Positions 18,892 through 27,150 of a stretch of DNA of 64,000 nucleotides are shown here, in pieces (position 1 is the stretch's first letter; each line of letters starts with the position of its first letter). The DNA comes from a virus, in IMG/VR virus record IMGVR_UViG_3300045988_157190, positions 32,001 through 96,000 of that record; one strand, written 5' to 3'. A program made the position numbers and the translations under genes. The notes beneath the pieces are model-generated. The model was not told the origin of the DNA and searched no databases. It saw only the letters and a list, made by a program, of their open reading frames with translations.

Positions 18892-19009
18892 TGTTATTGT
18901 TAGTTCTTTATCACATTACAAATGTAACACTTTAATGTTACATACCAAAGGTTTTATAGTTAAGAAAGGTTAATTTGATGATTTTTCTTTGTTTTGTTTG
19001 TTACTTATA
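18892..19009. repeat. 118-bp perfect direct repeat, copy 2
   Basis: Identical to 18073-18190. Carries an orphan 3' gene fragment (...ISNKQNKEKSSN*). Confidence 0.9.
18919..18942 (-). promoter_or_regulatory. operator palindrome + -7 box (inside repeat copy 2)
   Basis: Identical to 18100-18123, upstream of the ATG at 18871. Confidence 0.6.
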
Positions 19010-21198
19010 TCAAATTAAAGGCGGAGCGAAAGCGCACTTAGCGCGTGCGGAACCTTTAATTTAAAACAAATAGTTATAACCCAATACCAAAAAATAAAAC
19101 CTTATTTAGAATGAATCTAAATAACCAACTACACAAATAAGTAATTATCAACAAATTGAACAAAATTCTATGAAAATAGAAGGAAAGAATGAGAAAAAGC
19201 ATGTCGAAAAACTATAACTAAAAAGTTATAACGAATAGGAAAAAGAGAAAAGAAGGAAATCAAAGGAATGTAAATATGAAAATGTTAGATAAGTAGGTAG
19301 GTGTAAAAATGTGATTTGTGACTTTTTAGATTTATGTATTTCTGGATATGCTTCAAAATTTAGATTATATGATTTTATTAGACACAGATATTTCTTTTTG
19401 TATGGTTTGTAAACTTTGGTATATCTCTATTAGGTGCATATTTAAAAATTTAGCTTTGAAACTTAGAATTTATAATTTTAGAGATGTTTGTGTATGTATT
19501 TGTCCGCCTCACCTGCCATCACCCTCCCCCCAATCCTTTCCCTCCTATCCTTCTATTATCCTATCTTTTCCACTATTCATGTATCTTTCAGAGTGTTTGC
19601 GATTGTGTTTGCTGTCTACTTTTCGCTTCTATTCTTATAGTTGTTGATCACCTTCTATATCTATTTTTATACTCTATACATTGCCTTTCTTTTTTACGGG
19701 AGTTATATTAATACCAAAATGTACCTATTTTCACCTGTAAAACTTCAATACTTTTCATTTTTGACACTAAAATAGAGTAAATCACTTATTGTATAATTTT
19801 TAATCACTCTAAAAAATCGAGTTTTTGAAGTAAAAATAGATAACTTGCTAAAAATCAATATTTTAAATGAATTAATTTTTCGATTACGCCCTATAGGCAA
19901 AAAGAGTTTAACTTATTGTACTTTTTACAATGAAAATAGGGATATTTTAAGCTGAAACCTTTCAAATTTGACACAAATAACCCTATTTTGATATAATAGG
20001 GCATTACCTGTATATACGAGTATCATATATAGCTTCGTATGCATTTATATCTTCTTTTGCTCTGGATATATCCTTATATTTGATTTTTCCTATATATATT
20101 ATATATAATATATATAGGAACTTTTGTTTTTGGTGTATACACTCTTGTACCCTTTCTTTTATCCTTGTACATGGAGTATGTAGGTAGGTGGCACTCCCTC
20201 TATATCCTTTTTGCTTCTCCTTTTTCCCGTTCCTGTGATCCAATTCCATAATATCAAATAATCGTTTTTAAGGCTTTATTTCCTTTTGGGTGGTATTGGT
20301 GTATCATTTTGAAAAGAAAGTGCCAGAAATAAGCGGAAAAGCAGGTAATCCGGGGTATTTTGTTTTAGTAGGGTATCTTTAGGGACTGTTTGAGGACTCT
20401 CCATATAAAGCCTACGTCTCTAATACGTCACAAGACAAAATCCTAAAATAGCACCTATTTGACAAAATTCCCATAGATGTTTATTTGGCTTTCTCCTTTA
20501 CAGGACAAAACTTCCAAATAGGTTCTATGTAGCGAATTTTCAAGATTTATTCTTTTTTTTTGTTTCCACACAAGATAAAACTCTTAAATGTACTCTTATT
20601 GGCAAATTTTCATAGAAAGTTCTTTTATTTATCTCTTTGGTTTTCAATAAATTTTCAATATAATCAAATAGGAGAAGGTGGGTATTTGTTTCCTACACAA
20701 ATAATAATGCTGTGACATTTCTCTACCCTTCTATATACAGGATTTTTAGATTTGCTTTTTTATAGGGCTTTTTTTGAGGGGTAGGGTATTTCTTTTCTGT
20801 TCTATATAGCTGGCTTTTCTGTTTTTCTTTCTTGGTATGTATAGAAATATGGATTTGGGTTCTTATTGGCGATTTTTGGTGGGTTGGTCTATCCGTTTTT
20901 CTTTCGGAAGGGGAATCCTCACGGATTCTTTCTCCCTTCCGAGGGACAATCGCTTCGCTCAACACATAAAATCTCCCTATTTTGACAAAATGATTTAGAA
21001 ACAATCTATATCCCTATCAAAATGATAGAAAGAAAATCGGGTTTTCAAAACTTTTTTCGCTATAAGGGGGTGGACAAAAATTGAAAAATTTAAATTATTG
21101 ATTTTCAGGCTTATGTGATTTTTGATGAATTTCATTCAGCCTATTTTCGACTATTTTTGAATTTTGACTATTTGTAAAGTAAATATATATTTGTTGTT
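19010..21198. other. 2.2-kb ORF-free, repeat-rich region
   Basis: Only short low-complexity ORFs. Contains hairpins, the AT palindrome, a purine/pyrimidine-skewed tract and dispersed GACAAAAyTyCC.ATAG-like words. Confidence 0.7.
20089..20118. repeat. perfect 30-bp AT palindrome
   Basis: cctatatatattatatataatatatatagg is self-complementary at all 15 pairs. Confidence 0.9.
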
Positions 21199-21672
21199 TC
21201 AAAATGATTTTGATTTATCCTTATTTTCCAAAAACTCAAAAATAAAATTATTAAATGCAATTACCTTATTTTTATTATAATATCCCCATTTTTTCAATAA
21301 CTGTACACTATCTTCTGTTAAATATGCACTCTTTTCTATATTTTCTTTTGCTGGTATAATTCTAAGGTTTTCTATAGATGATATTAAGGATACTGGAATA
21401 TGATTTTTATATCCATAGAAAATAGGAACAATGTGGTCTAAATGATATTCTTGTCCTCTTTTACTATTCATACCAAAAGACCTTGCGTTCTTTTCAGAAG
21501 CGTTTTTAACATCATTAAAATAAGTTCTTTTGTTATATTTGTTTTTGACTTTACTTTTTAAATACAAAGGTATTACCAGATTTCTATTTTCTATAGACAG
21601 AGAGTGAAACGCTTTCTTTTCATCTCCATTATAATATTCTATTTGTATTTTATATAATTCTAAAGCGTTCAT
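21199..21672 (-). CDS. HNH endonuclease (free-standing)
   Basis: EYHLDHIVPIFYG...IENLRIIPAKENIEKS (H-N-H pattern). ATG at 21672 is preferred over the TTG at 21711, which lies inside the inverted repeat. Confidence 0.8.
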   Translation of the reverse strand: MNALELYKIQIEYYNGDEKKAFHSLSIENRNLVIPLYLKSKVKNKYNKRTYFNDVKNASEKNARSFGMNSKRGQEYHLDHIVPIFYGYKNHIPVSLISSIENLRIIPAKENIEKSAYLTEDSVQLLKKWGYYNKNKVIAFNNFIFEFLENKDKSKSF

Positions 21673-21699
21673 ACATTTATAAGTAACAAACTTTTTATG

Positions 21700-21768
21700 G
21701 ATTTGTCGCAATATAATATGTTATACGAAGTTTTTGAGCTAAAATGTAACATTATATTGCGACAAATC
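21700..21768. promoter_or_regulatory. 18-bp perfect inverted repeat containing two degenerate operator copies, upstream of the HNH gene
   Basis: gatttgtcgcaatataat (21700-21717) pairs with attatattgcgacaaatc (21751-21768). The - strand reads TGTCGCA-atataa-TGTTACATTTT. Confidence 0.5.
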
Positions 21769-21783
21769 GGATGATTTTTGATT

Positions 21784-22584
21784 TCATTTTGAGACATATT
21801 CTTTTAGGAACTTGTTCACGAGATAAACTTGTCCTTTCCCGGTTACAAGAGGTGTACTTACCGTAATCAGATCTCCGTTAGGTTTTGTGATCGTTCTTTT
21901 CTTGATCTCGAACATTCCTGCTTCTACCCATCTTTGCATTGGTTGGTTGTAGTATTCGCCTTTCACTCCAAGATACCCTCTTTTGCGAAGCCACTTGAAT
22001 AACCGGTTCTGCCCTACCTCCATTCCATTTTGGCAAATGATCTTGGTAAGCTCGGCAACAAGGCAGGAACGTTTGGATTCGGTTACAGCCATTGCAAAAA
22101 TCACTTTAGGCAAATCTTCTTCTATTTGGTTCTCCAAGTTTTTGTTTTCTTCTGTGAGTTGCCTTGTCTGTTCTTTTAGAGCCTGTCTTTCTTTTTCTTC
22201 TTGAATCCATGTTTCGGCACGCTTGATTGGATTCTCTATTTGATAAGACGGTAAATTGTAGCTTCCGGTTTTTCTAATAGCAGGCAACACTTCGGAAGTT
22301 ACCCATCTTTTAAAACTCTTTGCAGATTCTAATTTACTACCGAAAATCAAAGAGTAAAGCCCACTTTCGTTTATCAAAGTTGTTTGTTGAGTAAAACCTT
22401 GACTGTCAGGGACGCCCTGTTTTAAGTCGTCCTCACTATCAACATGTTGCAAAATTGCGTTTCTGGTGTTAGAATAACCCAAAACAGATGCAACATCTTT
22501 TCCCACAAAGTAAGGTTCGCCATTTACTAACATTGTTCTTACTTCTCCAAATTCTTCATTTTTGAAAATCTTTAATTCACTCAT
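21784..22584 (-). CDS. antirepressor-type protein (Bro-N domain + KilAC/ANT-like C-terminus)
   Basis: N-terminal FKNEEFGEVRTMLVNGEPYFVGKDVASVLGY is the Bro-N pattern. A central coiled coil is followed by a KilAC-like C-terminal domain. Confidence 0.8.
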   Translation of the reverse strand: MSELKIFKNEEFGEVRTMLVNGEPYFVGKDVASVLGYSNTRNAILQHVDSEDDLKQGVPDSQGFTQQTTLINESGLYSLIFGSKLESAKSFKRWVTSEVLPAIRKTGSYNLPSYQIENPIKRAETWIQEEKERQALKEQTRQLTEENKNLENQIEEDLPKVIFAMAVTESKRSCLVAELTKIICQNGMEVGQNRLFKWLRKRGYLGVKGEYYNQPMQRWVEAGMFEIKKRTITKPNGDLITVSTPLVTGKGQVYLVNKFLKEYVSK

Positions 22585-22611
22585 AACTTTGTATTTTAAT
22601 TGTATTTGTAG

Positions 22612-22777
22612 GCAAAAAGAAAACGGCTTTGCCTTTCCCGGTTGCGAATCACATTAAGAAGCATGGTAAGATTTTCCTTAACGTTGGGAAGGCAAAAGCC
22701 GTTTAAATATGAATAGAACGGTTGTTGGTTTCTTGCATTATAAAAGCTTTACCATGTTTGTATTAATGTAATTCGCA
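22612..22777 (-). promoter_or_regulatory. structured leader: long terminator hairpin plus a competing 5' complementary segment (attenuator candidate)
   Basis: Arms 22686-22704 and 22621-22639 form an 18-bp stem with 2 bulges, followed by a U-tract (tcttttt). Segment 22746-22777 is complementary to 22643-22675 inside the hairpin loop. Confidence 0.55.
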
Positions 22778-22780
22778 CCA

Positions 22781-22788
22781 CAAATATA
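22781..22788 (-). promoter_or_regulatory. -7 box TATATTTG (Bacteroides TAnnTTTG type)
   Basis: The - strand reads tatatttg, directly before the leader that feeds into the antirepressor gene. Confidence 0.5.
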
Positions 22789-22837
22789 GCAAAGTTTTGC
22801 TTGATTTTTAGGCTTTCACCAAAAATATCGGAAACCG

Positions 22838-23560
22838 TTAATCCAATTTTCCTTCGGTGAGTTTGCATTCTTTGATGATTTTCTCGATCTCATCTCCTTC
22901 ATAATCGTCTGTTTCACCTACAAGATGCGCTGTTTCTTCGTTGTAAGGAATGCAGTACCTTCTATTTAAACCACCTTCTATAGTGTAAATACACTCTTGA
23001 TTGCGAGGATTGATATGAGAAAAGAATGCTACAGACCAAGCACTTTCTTTATTATTTCTTACAAGTACCTTGTCGAAAGGTTGGAAATAATAAACATATT
23101 TCTTTCTCGGAAGAGAATAATGCCGGTGCTTTTTGTGGTTTTCTTGATTCCAGATATCTATCTCTACTTCTGTAGCAAGACGATCAATAGGAGAGATTCT
23201 GCTACCATCTACATTTGTCATGAAAGAGCCATCATCAGATATTATTCCAAATTCATTCAGATGTTCATTGTAGCCTACCATTCCAGCTTCAAAGGGAGAT
23301 TCTATTGTAGTCGCATAAGGATCAAAACCTTCCCATGTATTCCATATAGTAGGGAACAGTACACATGATCCTTTTTCATATAATCTCCCACATTCGTCCA
23401 GTTTTAATGTTAGATTTTTGTCTAAAGGCAAAACTTTCAAAAAGATATTGCCTTCTTTGTCTATTCTGTCCAAAAGGACATCTCCATGCGTGACAGAGTA
23501 AAGTTTAGTGTATTGTTTACACTCTTCGAGCAAACCCGCTATGTTTATTAATTTTTCCAT
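22838..23560 (-). CDS. hypothetical protein; C-terminal domain paralogous to 27151-27720
   Basis: ATG at 23560 (MEKLINIAG) is preferred over GTG at 23587. Shares FQPFxKVL...FSHI...CIP(Y/F)...HLVG..DD. Confidence 0.6.
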   Translation of the reverse strand: MEKLINIAGLLEECKQYTKLYSVTHGDVLLDRIDKEGNIFLKVLPLDKNLTLKLDECGRLYEKGSCVLFPTIWNTWEGFDPYATTIESPFEAGMVGYNEHLNEFGIISDDGSFMTNVDGSRISPIDRLATEVEIDIWNQENHKKHRHYSLPRKKYVYYFQPFDKVLVRNNKESAWSVAFFSHINPRNQECIYTIEGGLNRRYCIPYNEETAHLVGETDDYEGDEIEKIIKECKLTEGKLD

Positions 23561-23565
23561 GACCT

Positions 23566-23982
23566 TTATTGTTTGTTGTTGTTCCACTTCGCATTATCCG
23601 GTATTATATCTCTAAAACATTCTGGCACATCACCCTGATGCCACCAATCGTTAGATATCACCTTTTCTCCAGAGTTTTTAATGGCTTCCATCATCCTACC
23701 GCCAAAACCCATGAATCGTCTTGTCATGTTATTTGTATTAGGAACGAATGGGTTGGCAATGTATGAAACTCCATCTATAATTAGCCAATTGGGATCGTTT
23801 TTGTGTTGCTCATACATTCTTATCCAAAATGCACAATGGTAGCAAACACCGTCTCTTTCCATGATTGTACGGATATCACATTTTACAAAATGCTCTGGGT
23901 TCATGTCATGGATTTTATTTTGTCCCGACCCATCTTCTTGTCCACACTTAGGGCATATCTTTTTCTTCGTTTCCATATTCAT
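23566..23982 (-). CDS. Cys/His-rich hypothetical protein
   Basis: CPKCG...CYHC suggests zinc binding. Confidence 0.55.
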   Translation of the reverse strand: MNMETKKKICPKCGQEDGSGQNKIHDMNPEHFVKCDIRTIMERDGVCYHCAFWIRMYEQHKNDPNWLIIDGVSYIANPFVPNTNNMTRRFMGFGGRMMEAIKNSGEKVISNDWWHQGDVPECFRDIIPDNAKWNNNKQ

Positions 23983-24000
23983 TCTTTTTTTGTTTTTACC

Positions 24001-24381
24001 TTATTCTTCCCATTCTATTTTTACTGTTTTGTAATATAAACGATTTGACTTTTCACCTGATTCCATTCTATCCTTTGCTTCTTTTTCAGATTCAAAAAGA
24101 TTAAGTCCTGGGAATAGTCGTTCATCTTTATCTTTGTACAAATTTATCCATGCTTCTCGTTTTACAGCTTTCATGAAAAGGTCACACATACATCCCCTTC
24201 CATCGTTACTGAATCTTCCTTTCTTGTTATAAGAAAAGATAGTTTCATCACCAGCCTCTTTTACTAAGGCCACAATAGGATAATGTCCTATTCTATCAAA
24301 ACACAAGATTCTCGCTTCCTTACCATCTCTTGTGCACACCGGATGTCCGACTTTCGCTTTTTCTAAATCAAATTCCTTCAT
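24001..24381 (-). CDS. hypothetical protein; N-terminus paralogous to 30512-30823
   Basis: MKEFDLEKAKVGHPVCTRDG versus MKPFNLEEAKVGKPVCTRNG. Confidence 0.6.
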   Translation of the reverse strand: MKEFDLEKAKVGHPVCTRDGKEARILCFDRIGHYPIVALVKEAGDETIFSYNKKGRFSNDGRGCMCDLFMKAVKREAWINLYKDKDERLFPGLNLFESEKEAKDRMESGEKSNRLYYKTVKIEWEE

Positions 24382-24382
24382 T

Positions 24383-24628
24383 TCAAAATTTCATTTTTTC
24401 GAGTTTGACAATCTGCTTTTTCAAAGACTCGATTTTCCTAAGTCTCATATCTTCCACCTTTTTCAAGACTTCTTCTTTTGTGTGAACATAATCTCTGTTT
24501 GTCCACATAATATTCATCTGATTTTTTGACTTAGCATACTCTCCATAAGTACTTTATTTTATTTCAGTATCTACCTCTATGATACCTTTTGTTAAAGCAT
24601 ACTTGAATACAAAAATTTTCTTTTCCAT
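24383..24628 (-). pseudogene. small ORF interrupted by an in-frame TAA (not in ORF track)
   Basis: Hand translation gives MEKKIFVFKYALTKGIIEVDTEIK*STYGEYAKSKNQMNIMWTNRDYVHTKEEVLKKVEDMRLRKIESLKKQIVKLEKMKF*. The TAA is at 24554-24556. Confidence 0.4.
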
Positions 24629-24639
24629 TTTGATTCTGT

Positions 24640-24849
24640 TTATTTTAAATGTTTTAATCTTTTAATGGCATCTTTTCTGGAATATGCCATTACTTTTATT
24701 CCTTTTATACAAAACTCTTTTTCCTGTTTCTTTTTCTCTGGCCTCCGGTAATTGGGGTTCATTCCGCTACCCGTTTTAAATGGATATGTACTTCCATTTA
24801 CACCCAATGTGGACATCATTAACATAGCTGTCAGCATTCCTCTTTTCAT
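24640..24849 (-). CDS. small secreted/basic protein
   Basis: N-terminal hydrophobic signal-like segment. Confidence 0.5.
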   Translation of the reverse strand: MKRGMLTAMLMMSTLGVNGSTYPFKTGSGMNPNYRRPEKKKQEKEFCIKGIKVMAYSRKDAIKRLKHLK

Positions 24850-24861
24850 GACTTGTTTTTA

Positions 24862-25269
24862 TTATTTGTTTTTTACACATCCATTCTTAACACACCACAC
24901 CAACATTTCATAGGCAGCCTCAATAATATCTTCTTTTTCGAAGATACTAAGAATAGACCGGGTATAGGTATCTTCATAAGAAATACTTACACCATTGACA
25001 TGTTTCCTAATAGTCAGCACATTATTGTCTATAGAGCCAGGGAGAATGTCTATAATATCTTGCAAAGTGAAAGTGGGAATTACCTCATGAGCAGTAAACC
25101 CTACACCCATAAATTCTTTTTGCAGGCTTAAAAACCAATTACCTTTAGAAGAATCGTTTATCCTACTTCCATGTGATCTTCTTACCCAATATATGTTGGA
25201 TTTGCTTGTATCAACACCCAACTCTTTAAGGCGTTGCATTTGGTCGATTGATAAAACTTGATTTTTCAT
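24862..25269 (-). CDS. hypothetical protein
   Basis: ORF track. Confidence 0.6.
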   Translation of the reverse strand: MKNQVLSIDQMQRLKELGVDTSKSNIYWVRRSHGSRINDSSKGNWFLSLQKEFMGVGFTAHEVIPTFTLQDIIDILPGSIDNNVLTIRKHVNGVSISYEDTYTRSILSIFEKEDIIEAAYEMLVWCVKNGCVKNK

Positions 25270-25272
25270 GAT

Positions 25273-25608
25273 TCAACCCTCCATAAGACCTAACAAGTCG
25301 TTTAAATATGCCCATTGCATTGTTTCACTGAAACGATACAGAATACACCCTGGACGGGACGATATAAAAACTTGATCTTCTTGAAGGATACCCATCAGTT
25401 TCCCTTTCTCATGAATACAAACAATAAACTCACCAATTTTGGGTTTTACTGTTTTATCATACCATACAGAATCTATAAACCAATCAACACCCTCTCTAAA
25501 AGCAACCGCAACACTGCTTAGGCTTATGCCATTATGAAAGTACCCTATTCGTTCTTGCTCTGTCTTTTTAAAGACAGAAGATGCTTTTGTTATATCTTTT
25601 CTTTTCAT
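25273..25608 (-). CDS. hypothetical protein
   Basis: ORF track. Confidence 0.6.
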   Translation of the reverse strand: MKRKDITKASSVFKKTEQERIGYFHNGISLSSVAVAFREGVDWFIDSVWYDKTVKPKIGEFIVCIHEKGKLMGILQEDQVFISSRPGCILYRFSETMQWAYLNDLLGLMEG

Positions 25609-25610
25609 AT

Positions 25611-25955
25611 CTATTCTGCTAATTCAATTATTGCTTGTCTGAATGACATATGTTCTCTTAATTTAGATATTGTTCCATCCTTCTTTGCTTTCATAAGAAT
25701 AGGAACAACTTCATTTGCCACAATTTCATATCCAGTTACATAAGCAAATTTCTTTTCTTCTGGAACTATTCTTATTCTATTAATACCGAGACCTCGGAGT
25801 TCATAAGCGGGAATAGTCAAACAAACTTTACTCCCAATAGGGAATTTTTGATTAGAGACTATGTATTCATTCTCTAATTCTTTCATTTCTTTCTTACAAC
25901 TATCAATCTTAGATTGAATTTCTTCTTTTCGTGTTTTAAAATATAATTTGTCCAT
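25611..25955 (-). CDS. hypothetical protein
   Basis: ORF track. Confidence 0.6.
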   Translation of the reverse strand: MDKLYFKTRKEEIQSKIDSCKKEMKELENEYIVSNQKFPIGSKVCLTIPAYELRGLGINRIRIVPEEKKFAYVTGYEIVANEVVPILMKAKKDGTISKLREHMSFRQAIIELAE

Positions 25956-26120
25956 GATGTTCAGTTACTTTAACAATTTTCATCTACTATAACAGCTACG
26001 ACAATCATTTCAATAGCAAGAACGATCATTCCAACCCAAAATAAAGTTTAAAACCAATTGCAGGTAGCGATATGAATAACAACGCAATCCCGCATCTTCC
26101 CAAAAATTTACTCCAGTCTA

Positions 26121-26630
26121 TCATAACTTTTCTTCATATTGTTTGTGATGAACTTTTTCTCTATCCGTATAGTAATCTCTTTCAATCAAATCCATAAGTT
26201 CCGACATGCTTTCTGAATTATCGTCAGAGGATTTTCCTTTAAAGAAATACCGCATATATTCTGCAAGTCCTTTTGCAGCTTCATGAAATGCTTTTTCTTT
26301 AGCTTTCCATTCATCGGTAGGAACAAATCCTCTTTCCTTGAAATGAAGCAAATACAAGTCCAGGTAATATACAGACAAATCAGCCATATTGAGAGAAAGA
26401 TTGAGTGTCTTTGCTGCCCAAGAAACAAGTGATTTTTCCAAATTTTGTTCTTGGTAATAGAACTTGTCTTTGGATTTTAAGTAATCCAGTTCTTCTTGCA
26501 GGCGTATTCTTTTTTGATTTAGAAAAGAAATTTTTGCCCAATTTCTTGTACTTCTTGCTTTACTGATTTCTCTTTGAACTTCCCTTAATTCAATAGAGAC
26601 TTCTGTTTTTGTTCTATCTTTCGTTTCCAT
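26121..26630 (-). CDS. hypothetical protein
   Basis: ORF track. Confidence 0.6.
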   Translation of the reverse strand: METKDRTKTEVSIELREVQREISKARSTRNWAKISFLNQKRIRLQEELDYLKSKDKFYYQEQNLEKSLVSWAAKTLNLSLNMADLSVYYLDLYLLHFKERGFVPTDEWKAKEKAFHEAAKGLAEYMRYFFKGKSSDDNSESMSELMDLIERDYYTDREKVHHKQYEEKL

Positions 26631-26656
26631 ATTTTGTTGTTTTTGAGATGATTATA

Positions 26657-27040
26657 TTATTCTACATCGAAAAGTTGATCTAATACCAGTAATTCTGCAT
26701 TCATATTTTCGTCTTTTGGGAAACGAACTTTTATATTTCCAAACTTAGATGTCTTGAATAAGATGTAAGGATTTCTATCCTCGGCAGTTACCGGTTTGTA
26801 TTCTCTGATCTCTGACATTTTGAGATACCAGTCACCTATTTTTACGAATTTGGGGAATACAGAACAAAGATACTGTTTTACAGGAGACATGTCTTTGTTC
26901 TCTTTAAAAGGAATGATTTCTTCTTTTCCTCTTATTCTGATTGAAAGAAAAGGACGAATGTTATCTGTTTCATTTTGAAACTTGAAGCCTGTTACAGCTT
27001 GTTTAGGTAGTCTTCTGTTTTGTAAGATAAAATAAGCCAT
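26657..27040 (-). CDS. hypothetical protein
   Basis: ATG at 27040 (MAYFILQN) is preferred. The upstream part of the track ORF overlaps a GC-rich terminator hairpin. Confidence 0.55.
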   Translation of the reverse strand: MAYFILQNRRLPKQAVTGFKFQNETDNIRPFLSIRIRGKEEIIPFKENKDMSPVKQYLCSVFPKFVKIGDWYLKMSEIREYKPVTAEDRNPYILFKTSKFGNIKVRFPKDENMNAELLVLDQLFDVE

Positions 27041-27060
27041 TGCGATACAGTATTTAAAAA

Positions 27061-27119
27061 TGAGATAAAACCCGGCGGAAGCCAATCTTTGCGGGAAGAT
27101 GATGAACTGTCCCGCCGGG
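27061..27119 (-). terminator. GC-rich hairpin terminator
   Basis: cccggcgg (27071-27078) pairs with ccgccggg (27112-27119). The - strand continues with ttttatctca. Confidence 0.5.
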
Positions 27120-27150
27120 GAACTTAAAAATATATGGAAACGTTGGGTTA

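Noticed and set aside
19348-21004. Track ORFs 19348-19647, 19484-19711, 20004-20249 and 20723-21004 inside the 2.2-kb gap
   Set aside because: The translations are low-complexity (P/S/L/C or K/R/Q strings) and the ORFs overlap each other. They have no start context like real genes here and they follow the purine/pyrimidine skew of the DNA. I treat them as non-coding.
19010-21768. HNH gene plus adjacent non-coding DNA as an IscB/HEARO-type guide-RNA system
   Set aside because: The HNH protein is only about 157 aa and has no RuvC segments. It lies upstream, not downstream, of the non-coding region on its own strand. I found no HEARO-like conserved structure I could recognise.
25956-26124. Two tiny hydrophobic ORFs in different frames (MIDWSKFLGRCGIALLFISLPAIGFKLYFGLE and MIVLAIEMIVVAVIVDENC) on the - strand
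   Set aside because: They could be a frameshifted small membrane protein or two micro-peptides. No homopolymer lies at the junction and I have no comparative support, so I left them unannotated.
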